A stretch of 64,000 nt of DNA from Negaprion brevirostris (lineage: Eukaryota). The translations under genes and the position numbers were made by a program. The notes under the pieces were generated by a model. It saw only the letters and a list, made by a program, of their open reading frames with translations, was not told the origin of the DNA and did no database searches. Shown in pieces: positions 23,601-37,019 of the stretch. The DNA is taken from NCBI GenBank assembly GCA_030324005.1, contig JARDVH010000163.1, forward strand, positions 47,017,624 to 47,081,623, in the 5' to 3' direction. Every line of letters begins with the position of its first letter. The first letter of the stretch is position 1.

Positions 23601-26600
23601 TGTATTTTTGGTACTGTACTATTTTGTACTGTTCATAATACAGTTCTGAACTACATGGTACCTGTAGCCAACCAAATTTGTTCACTTCTTTCAGCTTCTG
23701 GTAAATTGACCAGTTTTTCCCTAAAGCGCATAGGATAAAACCCAGCGTATACTTGACTATTGTCTAGCATTCAAAAGACATGTATCACTTGTCTCATGAT
23801 TATTGTGATAAAATTCAAATTTCAGTGTTTCCATTCCATTTAAAAAAAACACAGATGAAGTATAAAATAAGTGCAGAGAAAATTGTCTCATCTCCCTATT
23901 TCTGGTATCTATTCCAACTAAATAAAGCATGCAAGTTCAAGATTGACTCTAAAAGATCCTGTGATTTCAGATCCAAAACATTCGCTCTGGTGCTAATTGC
24001 ATTTATACAAGTGCAATAGATATTTTTTGGGCCTTCGATTTCAGTAGACATTTTTGAAACTGTCGCTTGCCAGAATTTTGACTCCAATAACATCAGTACT
24101 GCAAAATCAGAGTTGCACGGAGCATCCTCCAGATCCTGTCATGGAAGGAATTCCATTAATACTCAAGACTTAATATGCCAAATATATCTTCAGCAAGTCA
24201 GGTAGGTTCTATAAGGAAAGGAAAGGAAAATATCACCATTGCAAATATAGCCCTTCGTGGTAAATATGTCAGATGAAGCACTTGTAAAAAGGAACATAGC
24301 AAAGGTTGAGGGAAGGGGAGGGGGGCAGAAAGGGGCAAGGGTGAACAAAAAAAAACAAACTGATTAATTAATTGAAGGAGAGGAGCTAGTTGACTGTCCA
24401 AACTGATAATGGGAAAAGATGAGCTTGCAGTTGAACCATGGAAAACCTTGAAGCAATGGTGAATAAATCATCTGTTGGGTTTGGTCCCAGCATTTCAGGG
24501 AATTAAAAAATATTTTTTAAAATGTTCTTTGGAACATGGGCTCAAACTATCTTTTCTTCTGGGCCACAATTCCTTGGAAAATCGTAGGACACTGATGAAG
24601 TGTTTGCAATAATTGCCTGAGAAATAAAGAAGACTGCTCATTTAAAATAACTTTTCTTTTGAAATAATAATTGGACTGTTGGTTGTTTTTTTGTTTTTTG
24701 CTTAGCACTTGTTATTTTTATTGTTTATGGGTAAACTTAAAAATGCTTTAGCAATGAATTTTGTGTGAATTCCAACTGGCCTTGAACTACAACCAGAACA
24801 GCAATTAACACCAGATTAAATGCAAAATGACCGTTTTAATATGAATATTGTTTTCTACCTTTCCGGAGTCCAAAATTGTTTCAAAAGTTGATAAATTGAT
24901 TTTTATCATCTTCGCTGTTGGTCTTTTGGAATATCCTGTAATTGATGATGGAGTAGGACTAGCTTAACTTTTTTCTATTTATCTTCTCAACAAACAAGTG
25001 AGCAACTGGACAATAATGTTAACTGTAATCTGCTTGAAAATCAAATTATTTGACCTCCAAGCCCTACAAAATACTCTCCTGCTGTTAAATATTCAGAACC
25101 ATCATGTCATGAATACAAATAGAGGACAAATTAGAATCTACAAGCGACTGACCTAGGCATTAGATTAGAGGCTAGGGGTTTGTGCTACTTTAAATCTTTT
25201 AATTACCGCAGTCTTCACTGCCATCTGAAGGACATACAATATTTAGAAAATTGTTGGTAAATAGCATGTTCTTTAATAGAAATGGGCAGGAATATGCAAG
25301 TGTAATTGGATTGCTTTATATTTAATCACACAATAATCTGTTGCTCAATTTTAATTATTGTGACTGAATTTCCATTTTTTTTGTAATAACTTGATTTTTT
25401 AATAAAATGAAATTGCACTGACAGATTTTCAGAAACAAAATAGTTAAATGTAGGTGGTTGTGTAGCATAACTTCTTGTCCCAATGAACTCTCCTTGATCC
25501 ATAATGAACTGAGGGCTTCCAACAGGGAAAAATAATGTGGGTTCTGCACCACACAATACTTCTATCAGTACCATGCAATTTTAAATAATACCTGATCTTG
25601 TATAATTGCTTAAGGAGCTCAATGAATGGTACTTATTCTATATGTTTGGAACTTTTACTAAATATTTCAAGTCAGTGAGTAAACCGAGAGAAAAGTAGTG
25701 ATCTCAAGAATGGCAATTTGTTTGACTAATGTGACCAAAATTACCAAGTAAAATATTTACGCTAAACATGGTGCTTAAAAATCTGTGTATTGTTTTGTAA
25801 ATTCAATAATTTACACCAGTTACCTGCTCAAATAGTAGCATCAAAACACATGTGTATCTTTGAAGTAAGCAACTGCACTTGAAAAATAATTCATTGCACA
25901 ATCAAGAAATTTCAGTGTGATAAGGTACAACATAAATGTAACTGTAATATGTTTTATTTGAATAGCTCTATAAATTTTCAATGTGCTTTGTAGCTTTCTG
26001 TGACTGAAGGAAATTTGATCATAAGTTCATTGCAATTATAGAAAACTGTAAAGTACTCTTGTATTATATTTATAAATACAATACGTATGAATGTTACATA
26101 TTCCAATTAGTTGACTAACAGCCACTGGTTCCTATTAGGATCTTGCGAGCTAAGAATGTCATGCTATCTATCTACTAATGGCTGTAGTGCAGATTTCAGA
26201 ATTCTATTCTAATGTGGAGATCTCATGCTGATTAATGCCCTGTTTGTTATTGAAAAGGGTGTCAAATTTGCTTTAAAACCTTACGTCCTTGTACCCGTCA
26301 GCCTGTACAATCACCAATTTATACTGCTGGTGATTTTTGGAGCTGGTAGGCTACGAGGAAGCATCACCATGTGGCTTCTGCACACCAACATTTAAGTGCA
26401 TTTCCTTTCCTTGACTTGGGTCCTCTGGAGGCAAAGCAAAAAAACTGAAGTTGGAAATAAATTGTACAAGTGCAATCACTGCAAACGCAGCCACTGTGAA
26501 TGATATTGTTTGTCCGTGCACAGATCTGTACTTTTTGGGCATCATTTCATGCTGAAGTGGCATGCAGAAGTGTATGGAATGGGCTTTGAGAATGTATTTA

Positions 26601-29477
26601 TGTTTTTAGGCATATCGCAGTTGGGAATGATGGCTAAGCATGGGTTAATGACCAGCAAGCCCCTAAGTCCCAAATCCTTTGGGACTGAAATCTACGATAG
26701 AGGTTGAGTCTCAGTTAGCTTGGACTTCAAGCATACCGGCTGATTTTGAGTTACCTCGGATTGAATAAATTAGTATACAAATTCAGTGCCCTGGTGGAAT
26801 ACTGAATTTAGCACTTGGAGACCATCTACCATATTTAATCTTAGTCAGCTCTCTACCCTTCAATCTACAATGGAAATGGGTGGAGTATGCTAATACACAG
26901 CGTGCATGTGTTATTTTTACTTGCATTCATGTGCGAAAATATTCCAGCAGTCTTCATTGGGCTTATTTCAGCTAAGCAGCCAGCCTGAGGAAATACAACA
27001 ACAACAAAAAAAGCAGTTTTAAAGTATATTTTTCATTGTATTCCAATTAAGTCTGCCTTTTGCATTTTCTGGTCAAGAGAAACAGGAGGTAAGAACTTGC
27101 TGCTTGTTCAATGGCAGCTATGTTTGCAAAGGGTTACACCAGAGCTGGCCAAGATAACCTGGGTATCAATTTTCTCTCATTTCAAAAATCCAGTACCTGT
27201 TCAGCACTTCCCCCTCATAGGACAATTGAGGAAACATTTTTTTTTACAAATGGAATTATGTGCTCAGAACTTAAGCAGACTACTGTGTGGCGCAACTATT
27301 TGAATTAGTCTTGCTGCTCCATGAGCATTCAGAAGTACTAGATTTTTAAAAAAGAATTACAATTGACTGTACTTGTATTTTGATTATTGAGATGACAACC
27401 AAACACATTGTATATATCAAAAGTGTTTATGCAATTTAGCTCCACAAAAACCTTTCAGAACAGCTTTGCAGATAATCAAGAAATTCAAACGGAAATATTT
27501 TCTCTGTGTAAAGTTTTGGAATGATCCTTAACAAAATTGTAAGGAACTTATACCTTTTAAAAAATATTTGTGAATCTTCTTATACCTTTTTAATTGATGT
27601 TTACAAAGGGAAATAGTGCATCTGTGTTGGATTGATTAGTTATGCCCGGTTTGTAACCAGCAAATCAGGGTTATACACCCTTGGGAAATAAATTTGGCAG
27701 AAAATCAGCATGAGAAGATTTAATTATCACTTGGAGACCTTTCCCTTTTCCAAGCCAGTGATCCTGAAACTGTCAGTGTTACAGGGAAATCTGTGTCGAC
27801 GCCAAGCTTCACTTCTCAATTTGTCCTTCCACATGATGATAAGCCAAGCAATTACAGGTTTATTGATTTTTCATCATGGCAAATTTTAAGTTGATTTTTT
27901 CTTGAAAAGGCGAGGGTGATTAAGTGTTTCCCCTTGGTTTAGTACAAGAGAGAACTGTGGCAGAATCTAATATCCAGGGGTCGACCTTTCCAGGCAGATA
28001 ATGTGGTGTCTTGCCCACGTGTTAAATAGGCGATTCGGGGTACAAATGTGATAGGATATCTTTGGAGACAGTTTAATTTGCTCTATTTATATGAACAAGT
28101 CATGTGGCACATGGTACTGAAACATCAGTTGAACAAGCTTGAAAGTAAAACCCACGTGGCCTGTGAGACTGAATGAGTACAGCCACTGTCTAATAGGGTT
28201 AGCGTCATAAAAAAAAAGCATCAACCAGAATCATGCGGCAGTGAGTATGTGCAGCAGAAACACTTCTTTATTAGGCAGAGGAAAGTCAGATCCATCATGA
28301 CAAATTAAATGATCGAAAAGCAGCATTTTTTTGAATTCCAAAATTCAAAAGATACATCCATTTTAACATTTTGACAGTACGCTAGAGCAATAGTTAAAAG
28401 AAAATCACATGCCATCTGTACAGAGGTTCTTCTTATCAAACAGAGTATTGAATTGTGTTGAACAACAAACATTTTAAATATTTTACATTTGATTTATTCT
28501 GCTGGCAGTAAAACATAAATGAAAATACATTGTAATTGCTTGAATCTCAGTTCTACATATTCAAAGGTCAAAATTAGCTGAAGAGGACAAACATGCAAAC
28601 CAGTTGTTCCATTTACGTTTTAGTGCCTGCAGTCTTTTAAGGGAAAAAAACACTAAAAAGAAATATCTGAGAAACATAAATATGCTTTTCAGAAATTAAC
28701 TTGTATCTGGAAGAATTTAACAAGGGGTGACCTTATTGGCAGCTGCTAGACATATAGATAACTGAACTGTTCTGCATTTAAGTGTTGGTAAATAAAGCTG
28801 GCATAGGAACAAGGAGATAAGTTTATCTGTTTAGGATAAAAGATAACAGAAGATGGTAGATGTGATGCCAAAGGGTAGAGATAGCCAAAAGTAATTTTGT
28901 GAAGATGAAGGATGCGTTAATACCAAATAAATTAAAGTTTGTAACAAGGAAAAATCTCATCAGATGCTACATTCTATTCACTTTCCTGTATACTTCAGAA
29001 ACCTGGACAATGAATACAGATCTGTGAAATAACATATACAGGGCATTGCATGTGGATGTTAAGATGTATGCTAATAATGCCATATATAGACCATAAGACA
29101 GACGAAGAGCTGTCTGAAATTGCAAGAACACAAAGAAGATTTTAAAGTGACATCTGAATAAGAAAAATTAGTATTTCAGCCATTTGTTCAGAGCTGGAAT
29201 ACTACTAGGGAGCAAAGTGGAGTGCCTCAAAAAGAGGTCAGCCTAGGTGTAGTTGGGTGATGAATGTCCCAGAGTGTTTGCAGATGAACTCCAGTCAATG
29301 TGCGAGGATGGCACAAGACAGATGACTGTGACATACCATAACCACAGATCACCTGGTAGGAGTAGTTAGGGGTAGCAGCAGCAATAGGGACAGGGATTTG
29401 GTTGAAATGAATTCACATTCCCATTGATCAGATTTCTAGAACAGAAGCTTGCAGTTATCATTCTCCTCTCATCTCTG

Positions 29478-29605
29478 ACTCACCTGATGAAGGGGCAATG
29501 CTCTGAAAGCTTGTGCTACCAAATAAACCTGTTGGACTTTAACCTGGTGTTGTGAGATGACTTAATCTGCCGACCCAAGTCCAAAGCCGGCAACTCCATG
29601 TCATA
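29478..29605 (+). mobile_element. Penelope-type terminal repeat with a minimal type-I hammerhead ribozyme motif
   Basis: cac-CTGATGA-a-ggggc-aat-gctct-GAAA-gc-tt-gtg followed by aaataaacctgttggactttaacctggtgttgtg. Confidence 0.75.
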
Positions 29606-29619
29606 GTTTGGCACACCTC

Positions 29620-30000
29620 AGTCAGGTTCCCCATCAGCCTTCTCTGCTCTAAGAAAATTAATCCAGCCTAACCAGTCTCTCTTCATAGCTGAAATGCTCC
29701 AGTCCAGGTGTCATCCTGGTGAATCCCCTCTAGTGCAGTCACATCTTTCCTAACGTGGCGACCAGAATTGCAGGCTCTACTCCAGCTGTGACCAAATAAA
29801 TGCTTTATGTTGCTTCATCACGACCCCCATGCTTTTATGTTCTACGACTGGGCTAATAAAGGCAAGTATTCCATTTGCCTTCTTAACCACCCTGTCTACC
29901 TGTTCTTCAGGGATCTATGGACAAGCACCCCAAGATACACTGTACTTCCTAGTATTCTACCATTCGTTGTGTATTCCCTTGCCTTTTTAGTTCTCCTTAA
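29620..30000 (-). mobile_element. CR1 LINE RT fragment
   Basis: tctctcttcatagctgaaatgctccagtccagg..catcctggtgaatc; ggctaataaaggcaagtattccatttgccttcttaaccac is the reverse of VVKKANGILAFIS. Confidence 0.85.
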
Positions 30001-30064
30001 ATATATGCCAATGACGGATTGCCCGTGAGAAGTCAGTGGTTAACTGTCATCTTGTACAATTCAA

Positions 30065-31160
30065 CTTATCTGGTTTAGGTGCACCCACAGTGCTGTTAGG
30101 AAGGGCATTCCAGGATTATCGCCCAGCGACATATTTCTAAGTAAGGATAGTTTTGTAGCTTGGCGGTAAACTTGTGGTTGGCAATGTTTCCATGTGAATC
30201 CTGCCTTTTTATCCCTTCCAAGTAGTGGAGGTCATGGGTTTGAGTGGTCCTGTAAAGGAGGCTTAGAATCTCTTATATGGTACACACTGCTGTCACTGCA
30301 TGTCGGTCATGGAGGGAATGAATGTTTAATGTTTAAAGCAGTGAATGGGATGTTGATCAAGCTGCACTGAATATTTTATCCTGGATGATGTTAAGCTTCT
30401 CAAGTGTAGTTGGAGCTACATTCATCCAGGTAAGTGTAGAATATTCCATTACACTTGTGAATTGTGCTATGTCAGTCTTTGGGAAGGTGAGCTACGTGCC
30501 ACAGAATTCCAAGTCTCTGACCTGTTCTTGTAGCCATGGTATTTATATGACTGGTCCAATTCAGTTTCCGCGCCCTCGAGGAAATTGATAATGGGAGATA
30601 CAGCAATGATAATGCCATTGATTATTAAGAGGAGATGGTCAGCTTCTCTCATGTTGGAGATTAGTCATTGCCTGAAACTTGCGTGACACAAATATACTTG
30701 TTCCTCATCAGCCTAAGCCTGAATGTTAAGTTTTTTTCTGCATACTGATAATGAGCTGCATCTAAATCTGAGGAGTCGCAGTTGGTACTGGACACTGAAC
30801 AATAAACAAATATCCCCATCTCTGGCCTTCTAATGGGGGAAAGTTTATTCATGAAGCAGTTGAAGCTAACTAGACCAAGGATACTTCCCTGAGGAAATCC
30901 TGCAGCGCTGTTCTGGGATTGAGGTGATTGGTCATCAAAAACCACAACCATCTTCCTTTATGCTTGGTGTGAACCTGACCAGTGGAGAGTTTTCCCCTTG
31001 ATCACTATCAACTTAATTTTGTTAGGCATCTGATGCCACACACCACCGTATGCTGTCTTGATGTCAAGGACAGTTACTCTCACCTCATTTGATAATGATG
31101 TGGTATGGATGCAATGGGTATGCGTTGTGTTCGCAAACACTCATGTCTATTATCTTGCAT
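30065..31160 (-). mobile_element. CR1/L2-group LINE (same family as 22475-23600) RT fragment
   Basis: EVRVTVLDIKTAYGGVWH and SAAGFPQGSILGLVSFNCFMNKL motifs. Confidence 0.85.
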
Positions 31161-32339
31161 AATCAAGGTTTCCACTTTAAAAAATAGAAAATCCTCAGAA
31201 ATGTGATGATGTAATAAATTTGCAAGTCCAGAGAAATGACTAATGAATGACAGAAAGTCAACTTCAATATCACAGATATTGTGTGAACAAAGTATGCCAC
31301 CAGGAGTGAATCTTGGAGGTCTTTGCATGAGCTGAATAACCAAAAATCACTGATGCTCCTTGTCAATTATGTTAGCACCTGTATTGTTGTCAAGCTTGTA
31401 TGAGTCCATGGCATGGAAATACATTAAAACGTATCATTTAAAATCAGACTCATGCCTGCTGTGCAGACAGCAAAACTGCCCTTTCCATTAATTATACCAG
31501 CTGTTTTTTTCTAGAATTTGTATCTTGTTCTAATTTAGAAGAATAGTGGTCCAAACTTCATAGTGAAACTGTCAGCACTCAGAATCATTAACCACTGAAA
31601 CTGACAACAACTTCAGCATCTGCAGATGTGCAGAATATTACAGAAATTCAGAAGTAGCTGCCTGTGGTTTTGTACTGCTCCCAGAGGTTGTGCAATTTGA
31701 GGTCCTCCAGAGTGTAATCTAAAAGCAATCAGACAATTGATGAGAGCATCCACTTTTCTGCTGTTATATTTTGATATTGAGTGACGTATTAACTTCATAA
31801 TCTTTGCTACATACCCTCACTGATTCTGAATGTCAGACTTCTCGAACGTAAGAAATTCCACATGCTTAAAAGATACTTCATATTACTATTTTAGTTTCCA
31901 TTAAATCCAATTAATATCTGAAAATGTTAATCAAAAGTGGAGGTTAAACTATGTTAACTTCCTTCTTTGCTGTCTGTGAGAATAATTCATTGTGATTGGT
32001 TGCTTATTCTGTTTGCTGACATCACAGCTGTTGCGTGCCTTAAGATCCGCTTGACTTGATGCCAAACTGAAATTGCCGTTGGGATTGGGGAATATTAGCA
32101 AACCCAGAGATGATTAGGTCTTTGCGATGAGCAAGACTTTGCTTCACTACTAATTGCAAATCTAGCCTATTATTTCAGCTAGTTTTGAGTTATTTTGGAT
32201 CATTTCAGGAACCATATCTGATTTATAGTATCAGTCATTCATTGCTGTTTTTGAGTCCAAACATGTAATAGCTACATTACTTAGCCACTTTAACATTTTA
32301 TTTATTAAAGGCAATTTTTTTTGCACTTTTCAAAGCACT

Positions 32340-32374
32340 TTGCCTACTGAGTTCTTGCTTTGCCATAGGTAAGT
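32340..32374 (+). promoter_or_regulatory. Candidate recursive splice site (3'SS immediately followed by 5'SS)
   Basis: ctactgag-ttcttgctttgccaTAG|GTAAGT, with a further pyrimidine run upstream. Confidence 0.5.
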
Positions 32375-33989
32375 TATATAATGGTTGGAATTAATTAAAC
32401 TGATTAAGCATAGCACCCCATCTCTGTTGGAAGAGTTCTTTGTTGAGAAATTCAAATTAAATGTGTGCTGTAAATCTCATTGATTTTGTTGTGATTGGAC
32501 ATAATTAATCCTGTATGAAGGAAAAATGGGCACAGGTAATTAATATTTGCTGTTGGTTTGGGTAGAATGTCATTTTAAGTGTCTATCGTTGATTCACTGG
32601 CAATCAAGTAGCAATCTCTGAAATATTGAGAACACAGCAAAAACACAAAATATTCTGCCGGCTCAGTGTGTTTTGTGCTAAGGGGAAATATGGACATTAA
32701 TATTAATAAATATGCAAATAAAATAATTTACAACACACAAAGGTTTGGTTTCTAATCTTTTATTTATGTTCATTTGAACCGTACAAATGCAATTAATATA
32801 ATCTAGTTGACCTCGAGGTTACTGAAATTATCCACAAAATTTAGATTGTGTGATTATTCTTACAACTCTCACAGAATTCCAAGAGTAATTCCTTTGTGAT
32901 GCAACCAAATAACCTTCAACTTTGAATGAAATCAAATATATATTAGCTGGTATATGTTTTTTTTAAAATGTGTGCTCCAAGATGTAACACACACTCATGG
33001 CCACTTTACTCTTGTGGTTTATGACATTCTTCAGAACCCGGAGATTGTGTTACATCTTTGTGGCAAACTCATGGCCATCTGTTCTCTGTTTTTAACATAG
33101 CAAATCTCAAAACACATGTTACATAAATATGGGATACAATAGGTTGATATGTTTGGTATAATTTTTATTTAATGAGTGAGACTTATTGTATAACTCAGGA
33201 GTAATAAAGCTGAATGTCAGTTTTTCTGTTCATCTTTGTATCTCAGACAGAAATCATGATTAAATCCTTCAAAATATCATGGATGTTTTTTAATGCCAGA
33301 TGAATACTTTGATTCCCGTTCATTCCCACCCCCATATGTTGAAAATGGGACAAGTGAATGAAATGATTTCCATTAAGTTCTGAAGAAAATAAAATATGCC
33401 ATATTAGAGGAATCATGATTGAAAATAATGTTTACGCTCATAGTCATAGAGTATGAAAGTATACAGTACAGAAAAAGGCCCTTCGGCCCATCTCATAGGT
33501 GAGCACATATCTGTTACGAACAAAATTGTTTAAATCTTTTACCTGGGGTCTATTGACCTGTTACAAGATTTAAAGTATTACAGCCTTATGTCAATTATTT
33601 GTGTTTTCTGTATTCTAAGCCACTGGAATGTTATTATCCTGATGCTTAACAAGTTGAGTAGGATTCTGTTTATTTAATGTGTTTTCAAGTGAATATTATC
33701 AGCTTCTTAAGAGCAGTCTTTAAGTTTACACAACCATTTCTATGTTTGTAGTTGAGGTGTCCTATCATTGAGCAATTCTTTCCTGGAAAATTGATGAAAT
33801 GTCACTTAACACCCAGAAAAACAGTGGAATAGATGTTCATACCAAAAGTTGCCAGAAACTGGCATGTTCAAAACAGGCACCTCAGCTCTAATACACTGCG
33901 CAGTGGACCCCACTGGTGCACCACTCACTGTATTGATATAGACAATAAAAGAAGCATCCAGGACGTGAGCCTGATGCAGACATTAGACA

Positions 33990-34140
33990 CTATGGGTGGA
34001 ATTTTACTGTTCCACCCATCACAGGAATTGTAGCAGGCGGGACATGGACCATGCAAAGGTCCATTGACTTCAGGTGGGATTTTCTGGCCTTGTGNNNNNN
34101 NNNNGCCTTGTGGCGAGTGCGGACGCAAAATCCTATCCTT
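33990..34140. mobile_element. Short MITE-like repeat with imperfect terminal inverted repeats
   Basis: Begins gggtggaattttac and ends gcaaaatcctatcc; similar termini gtaaaattccgtcc/gtaaaattctgtcc at 53345-53411. Confidence 0.45.
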
Positions 34141-37019
34141 TGTATATGTAAATAATGGATGTTCAATGCAAAGTTAGTTTGGCCTGAACACAGCTGATGC
34201 TGAGTTTGGTGCATGTGAAAAAGTCACACACTGACTTTCAAAAGACTGCCACTAACCTGGCACATTTGTTTAAAGAAATACTCACCTGAATGGGGATTCC
34301 ATGTCTTGGCTCCACTACACCACAAAAGACCCCTCTCCAATACTCTTTTTTTTATCCAACTGATCCACTTCCTTCCCAGAACGTAACTAAAGGTCACTGA
34401 TGCAGCGGCCCAAACTCCACTGTTGATTCACTGACTAGCTGCTGGTGGATACAAGCAATCACCTTTTCATTTGAATGAGGCCTGAGGCCCAATATCGGAT
34501 GGGCCTAAGGCTTTCCTGTTCTGGCACAGAGATCATTGCCAGCATCTAGGCCAGTCATTGAAGTGCTTTGGGAAAACAAAATGTAAAAAAATTGTTACTG
34601 CCCATAAATGAAAGGGGGAAATTCATACAATGTTCACAATCTATTTTTTAAACTTGTTGGTCTACAGCAAAATATATGTATGCCATTTGTATTGCTATTA
34701 TTGAATAAGCCGTAGCTTTGCAGTGCCAGCTTTTTGCTGAGATAACTACCTTGAGGACACTGAGTGGCGGAGACCAAGCAAGCTTTTTTGTAAATTGCCT
34801 GAGAACCTGAAGTACATTCTGATACTATCAGGACCTGGATTAGCATACCCACAAGTCATGCAACCTTGTGAAAAATACACTTTTCTTTATTTCTTGATAG
34901 TTTAGCAAAATCACACAGCCCAGTCAAAGAAATAAAGTCTGAAATGAGAAGATTCTGCCTATATTATGCTATCTATTTAAACAAAATATCAAGACAAGCC
35001 ATTAAAGCCTTGTGCTTTCTGTTGATTAATTTTGAGGAGGCAATGTTCAAGTTTGCAGGAGCCACATTCGATTTGGGAAAGGTCAAATTTTGCAAGTGCA
35101 ATTCCTTAAGTGCTATGCTAGATGATAAGATAATATATTAAGATGTATTTCAGTTCATTAGCTTTTGTCAAAGGTCAGACTTGCTTGTTTAATTGCGCAG
35201 GAATACTGAAGTATATTTTATCCCAATGTGAGTGTGTAATAATGACCTAAGCCCATGATCAGCAGTAAAAGCTAAAGGCACTGACATCATGTATTACCAT
35301 TAATAGAACAGATTTCTTTTTTCAGCTGCTGTGATAATTAATAATTTATAGCATAAAATCCAGCAGAACTACTTTGTGAACTTAATACTAAATATTTGTG
35401 ATATATTATTTAAATGCATTTTCAGCATAAGGCAGCTTTTGTAGCAAATCAGATCATGTCAGACCAATGTAGAAAGTACAACACAATTTGCAAATTGTAT
35501 CCTTTAAGAATTTAGAAGAACAAATCAGAACGTACTGATGTTTTAATGCATTGTTTAATTGATTTTAAGTAATTGGTTGATCTTATATGATTTAGTTAAT
35601 TAGCCTGTTACCTTTTAGAGTTGCTGATTGGTTTGTTTCAGGATAGAGTAAATAAAAGGTTAACTGAATATGCTGCTATAATTAACCGAGTACTTGATGG
35701 GGTTGGAGCACTTGATGCTATATTCATCTTGTAATCTCTGTGTGCTGTTGGTTTAAAGTCAGAACTTGGAAATATATTTTTTGACCACAGAATGAATGAT
35801 GGGAGAGAGGACCATTTAGACCAACAAGTGAAAACCAAGAGGGAGGGACTATTCAGTCTTCTGGCAGCTGCAAAAAAGGGNNNNNNNNNNNNNNNNNNNC
35901 ATTTATAGATTGCACTATTTGTTTTATATCACAAGAAGACAAAATGTTCCAGTTTTTGTCTATGATGCTAAAATTAATTTCCTTTGCCTGGGAGTAGATT
36001 TGGAGATACTTTTTTCTTTATAGTGGTGTACACAGACAGAACTGCCTCATGGAGCCTGATCGTAGGTATCCCATGATCAGAAGTAAACAAGCCCAAATGC
36101 AAAAATGCCTTATGCTGTCACCTCCAGAGTACTGAAAAAATCCACCTTTTTAGTTCATTCTTAGAATCAGCAGAGGCAGCAGTCCCACCTTATTTACGTT
36201 AGAACATAGATGCCACAGTTGGGGCTGCTATCGGTGGCAGCTCTGTAAGGTAAGTGCAGCATTAATCTGTACAGATGGGTCTTGTGGAAGTTGAAAGCCT
36301 CCCCAGCGTATATGTCATGGCCTCATTAAGCTGACTCAGCCACCTGCCCTGTACATTGTCAACCTCCCGAGGTTCCTTCAGCATCTGGCTGTGACTGTGA
36401 TCTTAATCTATTGACCTGCTGATTGATCCTCATTAGGATTCTTCATATGGGAAGGCAGGAGAAAGGTGTAAACCCACCAGAAATTACTGGGGACTGTCAT
36501 CTAAAAGCTAAATGCCAGTAGTCCAAAACTGATTCTGAATGCAATTTTCAAAAAGTGCCCTATGTAAACTAACTTTTAACCCTATTGAAGCTTTATACTT
36601 TAGAAGATGTTATCAATAGTGACTGTAATTATAATAAAGTTATTTAAGCGGCAAGATTGCAATTAGTGCATAAAATATTTTGATTAAATCTTTCTTCATT
36701 GTTCAGTGCTTATTATGGGAAATCATAATCATAATGCAGATGGAGCTGAGGCACTTTGATACCTTTAGCCTCCAGGTTTGTTTCTCTAATAAATAAGAAT
36801 AGCTTGCAATGAGGCATTCATTATAATTTATCAGCATGTTATTGCTTGTTGTGGATGAACTTGGCTCTGATCAACATGAGGAATATTAGCACTGAAGAAT
36901 AGTGAGCTTTTTTGATGCACAGTTTCAATATGAAGCATTTTCAGATCAGATGCCTCTAATCTGTCCCACCCGGTACAGCACCGTGCCATCGGTTCATTTG
37001 CCACTCCTATTGCCTCCTG

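Noticed and set aside
27055-27096. Micro-exon candidate ending GAG|gtaaga
   Set aside because: Weak, ambiguous acceptor and no match to the RSRC1 protein as I recall it.
30420-30436. CAG|GTAAGT recursive-like motif
   Set aside because: Inside an antisense LINE with a poor pyrimidine tract; most likely a chance mutation.
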